Source: Spirochaetales bacterium
Lineage (GTDB): Bacteria; Spirochaetota; GWE2-31-10
Assembly: GCA_022508205.1 (NCBI GenBank)
Contig: JAFLVQ010000003.1
Location: forward strand, 1-41,408
Length of the DNA: 41,408 nucleotides
Direction of reading: 5' to 3'
Shown here: positions 1 through 9,146 of the stretch, piece after piece
Numbering within the stretch: position 1 is the stretch's first letter
Layout of the letters: each line of letters begins with the position of its first letter
Made by a program: the position numbers and the translations under genes
Notes under the pieces: model-generated
The model's input: only the letters and a program-made list of their open reading frames with translations
The model's database searches: none
Told to the model about the DNA's origin: nothing

Positions 1-624
1 ATAGTTCAGTACAAAATTAACGACCCGGTAGCTTATCTTTTTAATTTGAAAGAACCTAAAAAAACATTGCGGGAAATATCAATTGTTGCGATGAGCAAGA
101 TTTGCGGCGATTATCTTTTTGATGAAATCATCACTATTGCAAAATCCGATATTACTTTTAAAGTTTCCGAACTGCTGCAGCAGATGAGCGATTACATGAA
201 AATGGGAATCCAAATCAATACAGTTCAGCTGATGAATGTTACGCCTCCGCAGGCAGTGGAAGCCGCTTATAACGAAGTTTTGCAGGCGCAACAGGAAAAA
301 GACAAAATCGTTAACGAAGCAAAAACGGAATACAACAAAAAAGTTATTCCGGTAGAAGGCGAGGCTGAAAGAATTATTGCGCAGGCACGCGGATATTATG
401 CACAGCGAGTGAAAATTGCGGAAGGTGAAGCCAAATATTTCAATTCGCTTTATGAAGAATATTCCAAAGCACCGGAAATCACAAAAAAACGTATTTATCT
501 CGAAACATGGACGGAAGTATTGAAACGTTTCAAAAATGTTCAGGTTATTGATGAAAATCAGAAGAATGTGCTGCCGTTTTTGCCGCTGAATGGACAAAAT
601 GCGCAGACTAAGGAGGAAAAATAA
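1..624 (+). CDS. hflK: FtsH protease modulator HflK (5'-truncated by window edge)
   Basis: Frame is open from base 1 (IVQYKINDPVAYLFNLKEP...). SPFH/band-7 features: VTPPQAVEAAYNEV, AEGEA, APEITKKRIYLET. Abuts hflC. Confidence 0.92.
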   Translation: MVQYKINDPVAYLFNLKEPKKTLREISIVAMSKICGDYLFDEIITIAKSDITFKVSELLQQMSDYMKMGIQINTVQLMNVTPPQAVEAAYNEVLQAQQEKDKIVNEAKTEYNKKVIPVEGEAERIIAQARGYYAQRVKIAEGEAKYFNSLYEEYSKAPEITKKRIYLETWTEVLKRFKNVQVIDENQKNVLPFLPLNGQNAQTKEEK

Positions 625-1635
625 ATGAGAGAAGTAAACCCTCAAAAGTCAGGATACAAACTGTTTTATGAAAAAAACAGGAAATGGATGATTTTCACAA
701 TTACGGTGCTGGTTGTCGTTGTGCTGTTTATGTGGCTTATGCCGGTTTATCTTTTGCAGGAAACTCAATATGCGGTAGTGACGCTTTTCGGTAAACCTAT
801 GCGTGAAATTAAAACTGCCGGATTGCATTTGAAAATTCCATACGTTGAAAAAGTCAATATTCTGCCTAAAGTTATAATGGATTGGGGCGGAGAAGTTCGT
901 CAATTTCCGACTTATGACAAACGAATGATTCTTGTCGATACTGCGGTGCGTTGGAAAATAAAAAATCCGATTGTTTTTTTTGAATCACTGTCTACGGTGG
1001 ATAATGCAATGCTGCGTCTTGACAACATTCTTGATTCCGCGTCACGGCAGGTAGTATCTCAGCATCCTTTTGAATCGCTTGTAAGAGATTCAAACCGTGT
1101 CAATCAACTTGATGAAAGAACAGTGGATTTGCTGCTTCAGCAGGGTTTTACAAAGGAAGATTTGATTTTTCCTGATATAGAACTCGGAAGAAGCGATTTG
1201 TCAAAGGAAATGTGCAGTGCTGCGGAAGAAGAACTTGATAAAATGGGAATCGAGATTGTTAATTTTTGGGTAAAAAAGATTAATTATATTGATGATAATT
1301 TGAAATCCGTTTACGAAAGTATGTGTGCGGAACGTCAGAAAATCGCGCAGACGTATCGTTCGGAAGGAGAGAAGTATCGGGAAAAGAAATTCGGCGAAAT
1401 CGAGGAACGGACAAAAGAAATTTTGGCATCCGCACAAGAAGAATCACGCCAGATTATGGGAGAAGCAGACGCAAAAGCTGCCGAAATTTACAGTCAGGCG
1501 TACAATCGTGATCAATCGACGAGAGATTTCTACGAGTTTATGAAAAAAATGGAAGCGTACAGAAATATTCCCGAAACCGTTTCATTGGTAATTTCTACCG
1601 ATTCGGAATTTTTTGACATGCTAAAGGAATATTAG
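625..1635 (+). CDS. hflC: FtsH protease modulator HflC
   Basis: N-terminal TM segment, AVVTLFGKP..GLHLKIP, AERQKIAQTYRSEG, GEADAKAAEIYSQAY, FYEF. SD AGGAGG upstream. Confidence 0.92.
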   Translation: MREVNPQKSGYKLFYEKNRKWMIFTITVLVVVVLFMWLMPVYLLQETQYAVVTLFGKPMREIKTAGLHLKIPYVEKVNILPKVIMDWGGEVRQFPTYDKRMILVDTAVRWKIKNPIVFFESLSTVDNAMLRLDNILDSASRQVVSQHPFESLVRDSNRVNQLDERTVDLLLQQGFTKEDLIFPDIELGRSDLSKEMCSAAEEELDKMGIEIVNFWVKKINYIDDNLKSVYESMCAERQKIAQTYRSEGEKYREKKFGEIEERTKEILASAQEESRQIMGEADAKAAEIYSQAYNRDQSTRDFYEFMKKMEAYRNIPETVSLVISTDSEFFDMLKEY

Positions 1636-1644
1636 GAGTAAAAA

Positions 1645-2586
1645 ATGACCGAAAATGAAAAAAATAAAATGGCGGTGCTGATAGATAGTGAAAATGTTTC
1701 GTCAAAGAAAATCGAGTTTATAATGAAAGAATCAATTCGGCACGGTCTTCTTACCATTAAAAGAATATACGGTGATTGGACGGATTCTTCTATGACTTCA
1801 TGGAAAAAAATTTTGCCCGACTACGCAATTCAGCCTATTCAGCAGTTTAAAAATACATCCGGTAAGAATTCTACGGACAGTGCATTGATTATCGATGCAA
1901 TGGATATTTTGTATACAAGCGAAATCGACGGTTTCATCATTGTTTCCAGTGACAGCGACTACACAAAACTTGCTGTGCGGCTGAGGGAATCGGGAAAGGT
2001 TGTCGTCGGAATCGGCGAGAAGAAAACTCCCAAGTCGTTAGTAAATGCCTGCAATGAATTTCGTTATATCGAAATTTTGGAAAAGAATTTTGAAGGAATA
2101 AAAAAAGAATTGACCGAGAAAAATACAAATAATATCGGCAATGAAAAACTGAAAGAAGAAGACGAACTTTTGCAGCATTTAATAGAAGCTTATGAAATGA
2201 TAGAGCAGGAATCCGAATGGAAAAATTTAAGCAGCATTGCAAATAATTTGAAGCGTCTTGATCCTGCTTTTACTCCGAATACATACGGATTCGGCAAACT
2301 TTCTCTTTTGATGGAATCTTATTCAAAAATTTTCGAACTGCGCAAAGATCCGCACCACAGAATTATAAAAGTGCGAAAGTTGAACGACAGAGAAGCTGCC
2401 AAACTGAAAAAAAAACCGAATCGTCGTCGGCGAAGCCGCAATAATACTGTTTTGAAAAATAGTTGTGAAACTGTGAGCGTTTCGGAAATTCAACTGGAAG
2501 AGCCCGACTGCGCAGATGCAAATAATAGCACACCTGAAAAGAAATGGAATATTTTGAGTCTTTTCGGCAGCCAAAAGGAAGACTGA
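1645..2586 (+). CDS. NYN (LabA/DUF88, PIN-like) domain protein with OST-HTH/LOTUS domain
   Basis: IDSEN, YGDW, GKNSTD..LIIDAMD and VSSDSDY acidic motifs. LOTUS-like 'LKRLDPAFTPNTYGFGKLSLL'. Confidence 0.88.
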   Translation: MTENEKNKMAVLIDSENVSSKKIEFIMKESIRHGLLTIKRIYGDWTDSSMTSWKKILPDYAIQPIQQFKNTSGKNSTDSALIIDAMDILYTSEIDGFIIVSSDSDYTKLAVRLRESGKVVVGIGEKKTPKSLVNACNEFRYIEILEKNFEGIKKELTEKNTNNIGNEKLKEEDELLQHLIEAYEMIEQESEWKNLSSIANNLKRLDPAFTPNTYGFGKLSLLMESYSKIFELRKDPHHRIIKVRKLNDREAAKLKKKPNRRRRSRNNTVLKNSCETVSVSEIQLEEPDCADANNSTPEKKWNILSLFGSQKED

Positions 2587-2680
2587 AAAATTGTCGATGT
2601 TTACATTCCGAGCATTTTAGTGTATGTAACTGTATTCAATTGTTGCACTTCCGGATAGGGCAGGAGGAATTATAATTATT

Positions 2681-5557
2681 ATGGAAAAAATAAATCATAT
2701 AGAAACATTGATTGCTGATTTGGAGTCAGGAAAAATTACGTGCCGTGAAATTTTGGGAAATGTACTGCGTAATATTAAACAGTATGACAAAATTCTTGAC
2801 TGCTATATCAGTTTAAATGATGAAAAAACAATTTTGGAGCAAGCAGATGCTGCCGATAAACGCCGCAGAGAAGGCAAGGCACTTTCTAAAATCGACGGCT
2901 TGCCGATAGCGATAAAAGATAACATTACAGTATACGGAATGCCTACTACGTGCGGCTCGCGCATACTTGACGGATATAAATCTCCGTATGAAGCGACTGT
3001 CGCCGAGTCTCTTCGCAAGGTCGGTGCAATTATTTTGGGAAAAACAAACATGGACGAATTTGCTATGGGGTCTACTTCGGAAACGTCCGCATATCGCAAA
3101 ACCCGCAATCCCTATGATGCTCGGCGCGTTCCCGGCGGTTCTTCCGGTGGTTCGGCGGCGGCAGTCGCAGCAGGATTAGCTCCGTTTGCACTCGGAAGCG
3201 ATACCGGCGGTTCCATTCGTCAGCCGGCTGCGTTTTGCGGAGTTGTTGGAATAAAACCGACTTACGGGTTGGTTTCCCGTTACGGACTTGTTTCTTATGC
3301 ATCATCATTAGACCAGATAGGAACATTTGCCGGTGATGTGTACGGTGCTGCACTGCTTTTGAATTTTATTGCGAAAAAAGATGATAAAGATTCGACTTCG
3401 ATTTATTCATTTGACGGTGATTATACGCAGATGCTGCATCGGTCCATTGCCGGTAAAAAAATTGCATATTTTAAAGAATTTGTCGGTGAAGGTCTGCGAC
3501 CGGAATTAAAAGCAAAATTCGATGATTCGGCAGAAATATTGAAAAAACTCGGAGCTGTTGTGGAAGCGGTGGATTTCCCGGCGATTAAATACGCAATTGC
3601 TGTTTATTATTTCATTGCAACAGCCGAAGCTGCCGGAAATTTGGAACGGTATGACGGCGTAAAATATGGGTTTCGCAGTGATAAGCAGCAGAATTATGAA
3701 GAGATGCTTTTGTCAAGCCGCAGTTACGGTTTTGGAAAAGAAGTAAAGAAAAGAATTATGCTCGGAAATTTCGTGCTTTCTTCGGGTTACTATGATGCAT
3801 ATTATCGAAAAAGTCAAAAACTGCGAACATACATAATGAAAGAAATGGAAAAAGTTTTTGAGAAGTACGATTTTGTCATTGCACCGACAACTCCCGATAT
3901 AGCGTTTAAATTCGGTGAAGGCGACAGCGACCCGATGAAATTGTATCTCAGCGATATTACGACAGTACTTGCCAATTTAGCCGGGATTCCGGCATTGTCC
4001 GTGCCTTGCGGAACGGTTGATGAAATGCCGGTTGGTTTGCAGATTTTCGGGAAACCGTTGGATGAAGAAGGAATTTTAAATGCGGCTTATCAATTTGAGC
4101 AGGCTTTAAAACTTGATTTGGCACCGGATTTATCAAAACTCGCTGATTTGAAAACCGAAGCGAAAACCGAAAATGCCGAACATGAACCCGTGAAACGTGC
4201 GTCTGCGGTTTACACAAAAGAATTTATCCAGTCAATTTCCGATGGTTACATGAACCGCACAGCCGAGAACAGCAGGGTTCTTTGCCGCGAATTGGAGTCT
4301 TTGGTCGGTAAAAAAGTTATGATGTCGGGCTGCATTTATAAAATCAACAGTCTGGGCGGAATAGAATTTTATACACTGCGGGACAGAACGGGAATGACTC
4401 AGCTTGTGCTTGAAGGCGATTTGGCGAGAACGAAAATTTCGCCTATGTCTGCAGTGGAAGTTTACGGAAAGGTAACAAAAGAGGAACGAAGCCCTTATAA
4501 AAATATCGAAATAAAAGTTGAGAAACTTACTGTGCTTGCAGCTGCTGCACCGGAACTGCCGTTCCAAATAAGCGGTGATTTGGGGAAACTCAATTTGCCT
4601 ACGGTTCTTGACCATCGTCAATTATCTTTGCGAAATACGGAAATTGCGGATATTTTCAAGATTCAGGCTGAAATTGCCGGATCGTTTTCGGAGTTTCTGC
4701 GTCAGAATGAATTTATCGAAATAAAGACTTCAAAAATCGGAGCAAACGAAACCGAAGGCGGTACTAATGTATTCGAAATTAAATATTTCGATAGAAGTGC
4801 GTTTCTTGCACAATCTCCGCAGTTTTATAAACAAATGCTTGTCGGTACATCATTTGAGCGTGTATTTGAAGTTGGGCCGGTATTTCGTGCGGAAAAGCAT
4901 AATACAGTTCGCCATTTGAATGAATATACCAGCTTGGACTTTGAAATGGGTTACATCAAAGATGAGCAGGACGTAATCGATGTTCAAGAGCGTATGATTA
5001 AATATATATTGAAAAATATCAAAGACAAATATTCCGATGTATTGGAACGGCTTGGTGTAGATATGAAAATTCCCGATGCAATTCCGAGAATTCATTTCAT
5101 TCAGGCACTTGAAATTGCGGAAAAACTCGGTGTTAAAGATATGGACGGGGATTTGTCGCCGGAAGGTGAAAAAACAGTTTGCCGCTATATAGAGGAAAAA
5201 ACCGGAAGCCAGTTTGTTTATATTGTCGGGTATCCGGTTAAAAAGCGTCCTATGTATACAATGCCTGACGAAAGACTGCCGGGATACACTCGTTCGTTTG
5301 ATTTATTGTACAAAGGTTTGGAAATTACGTCCGGAGGTCAGCGTATTCATGATTATGAACAGCTGAAAAGCAGTATGATTGCCAAAGGATTGAATCCGGC
5401 TGCATACAAACCTTATCTTGATGCCTTTAAATTCGGAATGCCTCCTCACGGCGGACTGGGAATGGGCTTGGAACGGCTTACAATGCGTCTGCTTGAACTC
5501 AATAATATTCGTGAAGCAACCTTATTCCCTCGTGATATTGGCCGCCTTGAACCGTAG
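2681..5557 (+). CDS. gatA-aspS: Fusion: Asp/Glu-tRNA amidotransferase subunit A (aa ~1-477) + ~55-aa linker + short archaeal-type (probably non-discriminating) aspartyl-tRNA synthetase (aa ~532-958)
   Basis: Amidase signature IAIKDN, GKTNMDEFAMGS, PGGSSGGS, GSDTGGSIRQPA, RYDGVKYG, EVKKRIMLG. Then an OB-fold (LRDRTG), LAQSPQFYKQ, motif 2 FRAEKHNT.RHLNEY, EITSGGQRIH and motif 3 GMPPHGGLGMGLERL. No stop between the two domains. Confidence 0.93.
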   Translation: MEKINHIETLIADLESGKITCREILGNVLRNIKQYDKILDCYISLNDEKTILEQADAADKRRREGKALSKIDGLPIAIKDNITVYGMPTTCGSRILDGYKSPYEATVAESLRKVGAIILGKTNMDEFAMGSTSETSAYRKTRNPYDARRVPGGSSGGSAAAVAAGLAPFALGSDTGGSIRQPAAFCGVVGIKPTYGLVSRYGLVSYASSLDQIGTFAGDVYGAALLLNFIAKKDDKDSTSIYSFDGDYTQMLHRSIAGKKIAYFKEFVGEGLRPELKAKFDDSAEILKKLGAVVEAVDFPAIKYAIAVYYFIATAEAAGNLERYDGVKYGFRSDKQQNYEEMLLSSRSYGFGKEVKKRIMLGNFVLSSGYYDAYYRKSQKLRTYIMKEMEKVFEKYDFVIAPTTPDIAFKFGEGDSDPMKLYLSDITTVLANLAGIPALSVPCGTVDEMPVGLQIFGKPLDEEGILNAAYQFEQALKLDLAPDLSKLADLKTEAKTENAEHEPVKRASAVYTKEFIQSISDGYMNRTAENSRVLCRELESLVGKKVMMSGCIYKINSLGGIEFYTLRDRTGMTQLVLEGDLARTKISPMSAVEVYGKVTKEERSPYKNIEIKVEKLTVLAAAAPELPFQISGDLGKLNLPTVLDHRQLSLRNTEIADIFKIQAEIAGSFSEFLRQNEFIEIKTSKIGANETEGGTNVFEIKYFDRSAFLAQSPQFYKQMLVGTSFERVFEVGPVFRAEKHNTVRHLNEYTSLDFEMGYIKDEQDVIDVQERMIKYILKNIKDKYSDVLERLGVDMKIPDAIPRIHFIQALEIAEKLGVKDMDGDLSPEGEKTVCRYIEEKTGSQFVYIVGYPVKKRPMYTMPDERLPGYTRSFDLLYKGLEITSGGQRIHDYEQLKSSMIAKGLNPAAYKPYLDAFKFGMPPHGGLGMGLERLTMRLLELNNIREATLFPRDIGRLEP

Positions 5558-5582
5558 TTTTCAGCAAATAGGAGTGCAAAAA

Positions 5583-6803
5583 ATGAATAGTTGTTTAAAT
5601 ACATTAAAAGAGCGCGGTTTTTTTCAGCAATGTACTGATATTGAAGGACTTTCGGCTTTGATGGATAAAGGTCCGGTAACATTTTACGTAGGCTGCGATC
5701 CAACGGGAGTGAGTTTGCACATTGGTCACATGGTGCCGTTTTTTGCACTACGTCATTTAAAAAATGCCGGTCATCACGGTATTGCACTGATTGGCGGAGG
5801 AACGGCTCGTATCGGAGATCCGTCGGGCAAAACGGAAATGCGCAAAATGCTGACTTATGAAGCAATTGACCGAAATGTAGAAAAGATTAAAGCGCAGCTG
5901 GATAGATTTTTGAGGTTTGATAATGAAACTGCATTTGCCGTCAACAACAAAGATTGGCTTGCGGATTTGAATTATATCGATTTTTTGCGTGATATAGGTT
6001 CGTGTTTCTCGGTAAACAGAATGCTCACTTTTGAAGCGTATAAGAAACGAATGGAAACAGGGTTAAGCTTTTTAGAATTCAATTATCAATTGCTGCAAAG
6101 TTATGATTTTCTGAAGCTACATGAAAAATACGGCTGTAATCTGCAAATTGGCGGGGATGATCAGTGGGGAAATATGGTAGCCGGAGTAGATTTGATTCGC
6201 CGCAAAATGGGAAATGATCGTGAAGTTTATGCATTGACATTTCCTTTAATTACTCGTTCCGACGGAAAGAAAATGGGAAAAACCGAAAAAGGTGCGCTGT
6301 TTCTTGACCCGGAACTTACACCGGTTTATGATTTTTTCCAGTATTGGCGAAATATAGCAGATCAGGATGTGCGAAAATGTATGCTTTTATTTACATTTTT
6401 GTCGATTGATGAAATCGATGAAATTTGTGCCGGTGACATAAACAAGGCAAAAGAACGTTTGGCTTGGGAAGTTACTGCCGAAATTCATGGAAAAGATGCA
6501 GCGGATAATGCGCTTGCCGGTGCTAAAGCTGCATTCGGCGGCGGTGACAGTATCGAGATGATGCCGACTACGGAAATTCACGAAGAACGCTTAAAGAGCG
6601 GAATCGGCATTCTCGATTTAATGGTAGAATGTAAAATGGCGGCAACAAAAAGCGAAGTACGCCGTTTGATTTCGCAAGGTGGCTGCAAAATTAACGGTGA
6701 AAAAATTACCGATGACAAAATGATTGTTGATAATTCCTATGTTACCGACAAGGGAATTATTTTACGAATGGGGAAAAAGAAAGTTCACAGGATAAAAGTT
6801 TAA
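5583..6803 (+). CDS. tyrS: Tyrosine--tRNA ligase
   Basis: YVGCDPT..LHIGH, IGDPSGK, QIGGDDQWGN, KMGKT and a C-terminal S4 domain. Start moved to ATG 5583 behind SD GGAG. Confidence 0.96.
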   Translation: MNSCLNTLKERGFFQQCTDIEGLSALMDKGPVTFYVGCDPTGVSLHIGHMVPFFALRHLKNAGHHGIALIGGGTARIGDPSGKTEMRKMLTYEAIDRNVEKIKAQLDRFLRFDNETAFAVNNKDWLADLNYIDFLRDIGSCFSVNRMLTFEAYKKRMETGLSFLEFNYQLLQSYDFLKLHEKYGCNLQIGGDDQWGNMVAGVDLIRRKMGNDREVYALTFPLITRSDGKKMGKTEKGALFLDPELTPVYDFFQYWRNIADQDVRKCMLLFTFLSIDEIDEICAGDINKAKERLAWEVTAEIHGKDAADNALAGAKAAFGGGDSIEMMPTTEIHEERLKSGIGILDLMVECKMAATKSEVRRLISQGGCKINGEKITDDKMIVDNSYVTDKGIILRMGKKKVHRIKV

Positions 6804-6812
6804 TCGAAAGAG

Positions 6813-6850
6813 AACGTGGGATTTGTTTTGAGCAAATTCCACGTTTTTTT
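6813..6850 (+). terminator. Rho-independent terminator after tyrS
   Basis: AACGTGGGATTTGT-loop-GCAAATTCCACGTT followed by a T-run. Confidence 0.8.
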
Positions 6851-6883
6851 ATTTCGGGCAAATATATTTCTTACTTACTTTAT

Positions 6884-6911
6884 ATCCCAAATAAGAATAC
6901 AGGTCTGGGCA
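6884..6911. repeat. REP-like palindrome, partial copy A (right half)
   Basis: GAATACAGGTCTGGGCA is identical to the right half of copy B. Confidence 0.65.
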
Positions 6912-7139
6912 TTTTTTTTATTCCTCCGATATTTTAGCTTCTCAAATTATTACGAAATTAAATTGGCGCATGTTGTTATTTTTGTATCAATTGTAAATAT
7001 ATTTATTTTATGCACTCTGCTTACCCGATAGGCACGCAAACACGAAATTAAAGTAAATTGCTGTAATTTCGTATATTAAAAGTATTATTTGTACTTTTTG
7101 GAAATCGTTCTTTTAAATTGAAAACGGAGGAATATCAAA

Positions 7140-8132
7140 ATGAAGATCGCTTTTTACGATACAAGAGTTTATGACAAGGCAGCTTTCAGTGCGCAGAATA
7201 AAAATTTTCTTTATGATATTGATTTTTTTGATTTCAGACTTAATGAAAAAACTGCATTGGCTTCAAAAAATTACGATGCCGTGTGTGTGTTTGTAAATGA
7301 TAATTTGGATAAAAAAGTCATTAATGTATTAAAGTTGAACGGAATTAAACTGATTCTTCTGCGGTGTGCCGGCTTTAATAATGTGGATTTAAATGCTGCA
7401 AAGGATGCCGGCATTACGGTTTTAAGAGTGCCGATGTATTCGCCGTATTCGATTGCCGAACATGCAGTAGCTCTTTTATTGGCTCTTACGCGCAAAATTC
7501 CGCAGGCATATTTGAGAACCCGAAGCGGAAATTTTACGTTGGACGGACTGACCGGACGCAATCTTCACGGACTTACCGCAGGAATTTTGGGTACGGGAAA
7601 AATCGGCAAAGTTATGGCTGAAATACTTGCAGGCTTTGGAATGAACATCGTTCTTTATGATGCGTATCCGGATAAAAATTGGGCAGAGTCAAAAGGCTTT
7701 GCGTACTTGCCGCTGATTGATTTTTTCAAACAGGGCGATGTAATCAGTCTGCATTGCCCGCTTACAAACGATACAAAACATATTATAAATGAAAATTCGC
7801 TTAAATTAGTTAAGCATGACGCTATTATTATAAATACGGGACGAGGCGCACTTATCGATACGCATTCGCTTGTAAAGGCTTTGAAGCAGGGAAAAATCGG
7901 CGGTGCGGCACTTGATGTTTATGAGGAAGAAAGCAATTATTTTTTTAATGATTGGTCTGTAGATGTAATTCGTGATGACGTACTTGCAAGACTTTTAACA
8001 TTCCCGAATGTCATAATAACAAGTCATCAGGCTTTTCTTACTTCAAATGCGCTTAATTCCATTGCAGAAGTTACTCTTGCGAATGCCAATGCATTTGAAA
8101 ATGGCAAAGAACTTGTCAATCTTGTGGAATAA
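7140..8132 (+). CDS. ldhA: D-lactate dehydrogenase (D-2-hydroxyacid dehydrogenase family)
   Basis: LRCAGFNNVD, YSPYSIAEH, GTGKIG, SLHCPL, INTGRG, LDVYEEE, TSHQAF. Confidence 0.88.
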   Translation: MKIAFYDTRVYDKAAFSAQNKNFLYDIDFFDFRLNEKTALASKNYDAVCVFVNDNLDKKVINVLKLNGIKLILLRCAGFNNVDLNAAKDAGITVLRVPMYSPYSIAEHAVALLLALTRKIPQAYLRTRSGNFTLDGLTGRNLHGLTAGILGTGKIGKVMAEILAGFGMNIVLYDAYPDKNWAESKGFAYLPLIDFFKQGDVISLHCPLTNDTKHIINENSLKLVKHDAIIINTGRGALIDTHSLVKALKQGKIGGAALDVYEEESNYFFNDWSVDVIRDDVLARLLTFPNVIITSHQAFLTSNALNSIAEVTLANANAFENGKELVNLVE

Positions 8133-8173
8133 AAAATATTTTGCGTTGCAGCAAGTTGTGAATCGGGCAATAA

Positions 8174-8217
8174 GGTGTCAGACCTTGATTCCGAAACAGA
8201 ATACAGGTCTGGGCATC
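8174..8217. repeat. REP-like palindrome, copy B
   Basis: GGTGTCAGACCT-TGATTCCGAAACAGAATAC-AGGTCTGGGCATC hairpin downstream of ldhA. Confidence 0.8.
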
Positions 8218-8327
8218 AATCTCGGCAGAATTGAAATGAGAATTATTGACACTCTGATTATTTCAAGTATACTTCCCGCATGTTTCTCAATGTTTTGGGA
8301 TATAAATTTACGGTCAGAGGTTTTACT

Positions 8328-9143
8328 ATGAGAAAAGGTATGAATACGGCATTGATTTTAGCGGTGACATTTTCAATGATCGCTGCTGCGAGCTGTAAAA
8401 AAACAGTCAATAGGGTAGATAACTCGCTTTCCGCGTTGAAGGAGCGCGGAGTTTTTGTTTTGGGACTTGACGATTCATTTCCTCCGCTTGGTTTTCGCAA
8501 TGAGGATAATGAAATCGTAGGTTACGACATTGATTTGGCAAAAGAAGTAGCTGCCCGTTTGGAAGTGAATTTCAAAGCGCAGCCTATCGATTGGGATGCA
8601 AAAGAAATGGAACTGGAAACAGGGAAAATCGACTGTATTTGGAACGGTTTTACAGTGACAGCCGAAAGGGCGGCTGTTTTATCTTTTACAAAACCATATT
8701 TGAATAATGAACAAGTTTTGGTTGTGCGTGAAAACAGCGGAATTACTGCATTGGCAGATATGAAAGGAAAAACCGTAGGAATTCAAAGCGGGTCGAGTGC
8801 TCAGGCCGCTGTTGACGGCAACGAAGGATTCTCATCATCATTGGCAAATAAAGTACTGTTTAAAGATAATATTACAGCGTTAAATGATTTGGATATAGGC
8901 GGGGTCGACGGTGTTGTAATGGACAGTGTTGTTGCAAATTATTCGATTGCCCAATCTAAAAAGGCGTTTAAAGTAGTAGATGAAGCATTATCGAATGAGG
9001 CTTATGCTGTTGCATTCAGAAAAAGCGATGTGCAGCTTCGTGACGAAGTTCAGAAAATCCTAACGGAAATGCAGGCTGACGGGACTGTTACCGCTATTTC
9101 TCAAAAATGGTTTGGGCGCGATATTTCTGTTATTGAAAAATAA
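8328..9143 (+). CDS. Polar amino-acid ABC transporter substrate-binding lipoprotein
   Basis: Lipobox AAASC, GLDDSFPPLGF, GYDIDLA, IDCIWNG. Likely start ATG 8328. Confidence 0.9.
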   Translation: MRKGMNTALILAVTFSMIAAASCKKTVNRVDNSLSALKERGVFVLGLDDSFPPLGFRNEDNEIVGYDIDLAKEVAARLEVNFKAQPIDWDAKEMELETGKIDCIWNGFTVTAERAAVLSFTKPYLNNEQVLVVRENSGITALADMKGKTVGIQSGSSAQAAVDGNEGFSSSLANKVLFKDNITALNDLDIGGVDGVVMDSVVANYSIAQSKKAFKVVDEALSNEAYAVAFRKSDVQLRDEVQKILTEMQADGTVTAISQKWFGRDISVIEK

Positions 9144-9146
9144 AGT

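Noticed and set aside
79-645. Long antisense ORFs (also 11640-12215, 31068-31652 and others)
   Set aside because: They are antisense shadows of well-supported genes and show no motifs.
1645-2586. NYN protein or CPBP/Abi protein as an anti-phage or toxin-antitoxin system
   Set aside because: Both sit in housekeeping-type operons with no antitoxin or defence-island context.
2587-2680. T-box riboswitch ahead of the synthetase genes
   Set aside because: The leader is only 94 bp, with no T-box consensus (AANNAGGGTGGTACCGCG-like) and no terminator.
4250-5557. C-terminal synthetase as AsnRS or LysRS
   Set aside because: LAQSPQFYKQ and GGQRIH are AspRS-type motifs, and fusion to GatA fits ND-AspRS.
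5418-5582. N-terminal extension of TyrRS in the ORF track
   Set aside because: It overlaps the aspS end. Homology and an SD point to ATG 5583.
6816-7031. 71-aa ORF after tyrS
   Set aside because: It runs through a terminator and a REP half-copy, has no SD, and is low-complexity AT-rich sequence.
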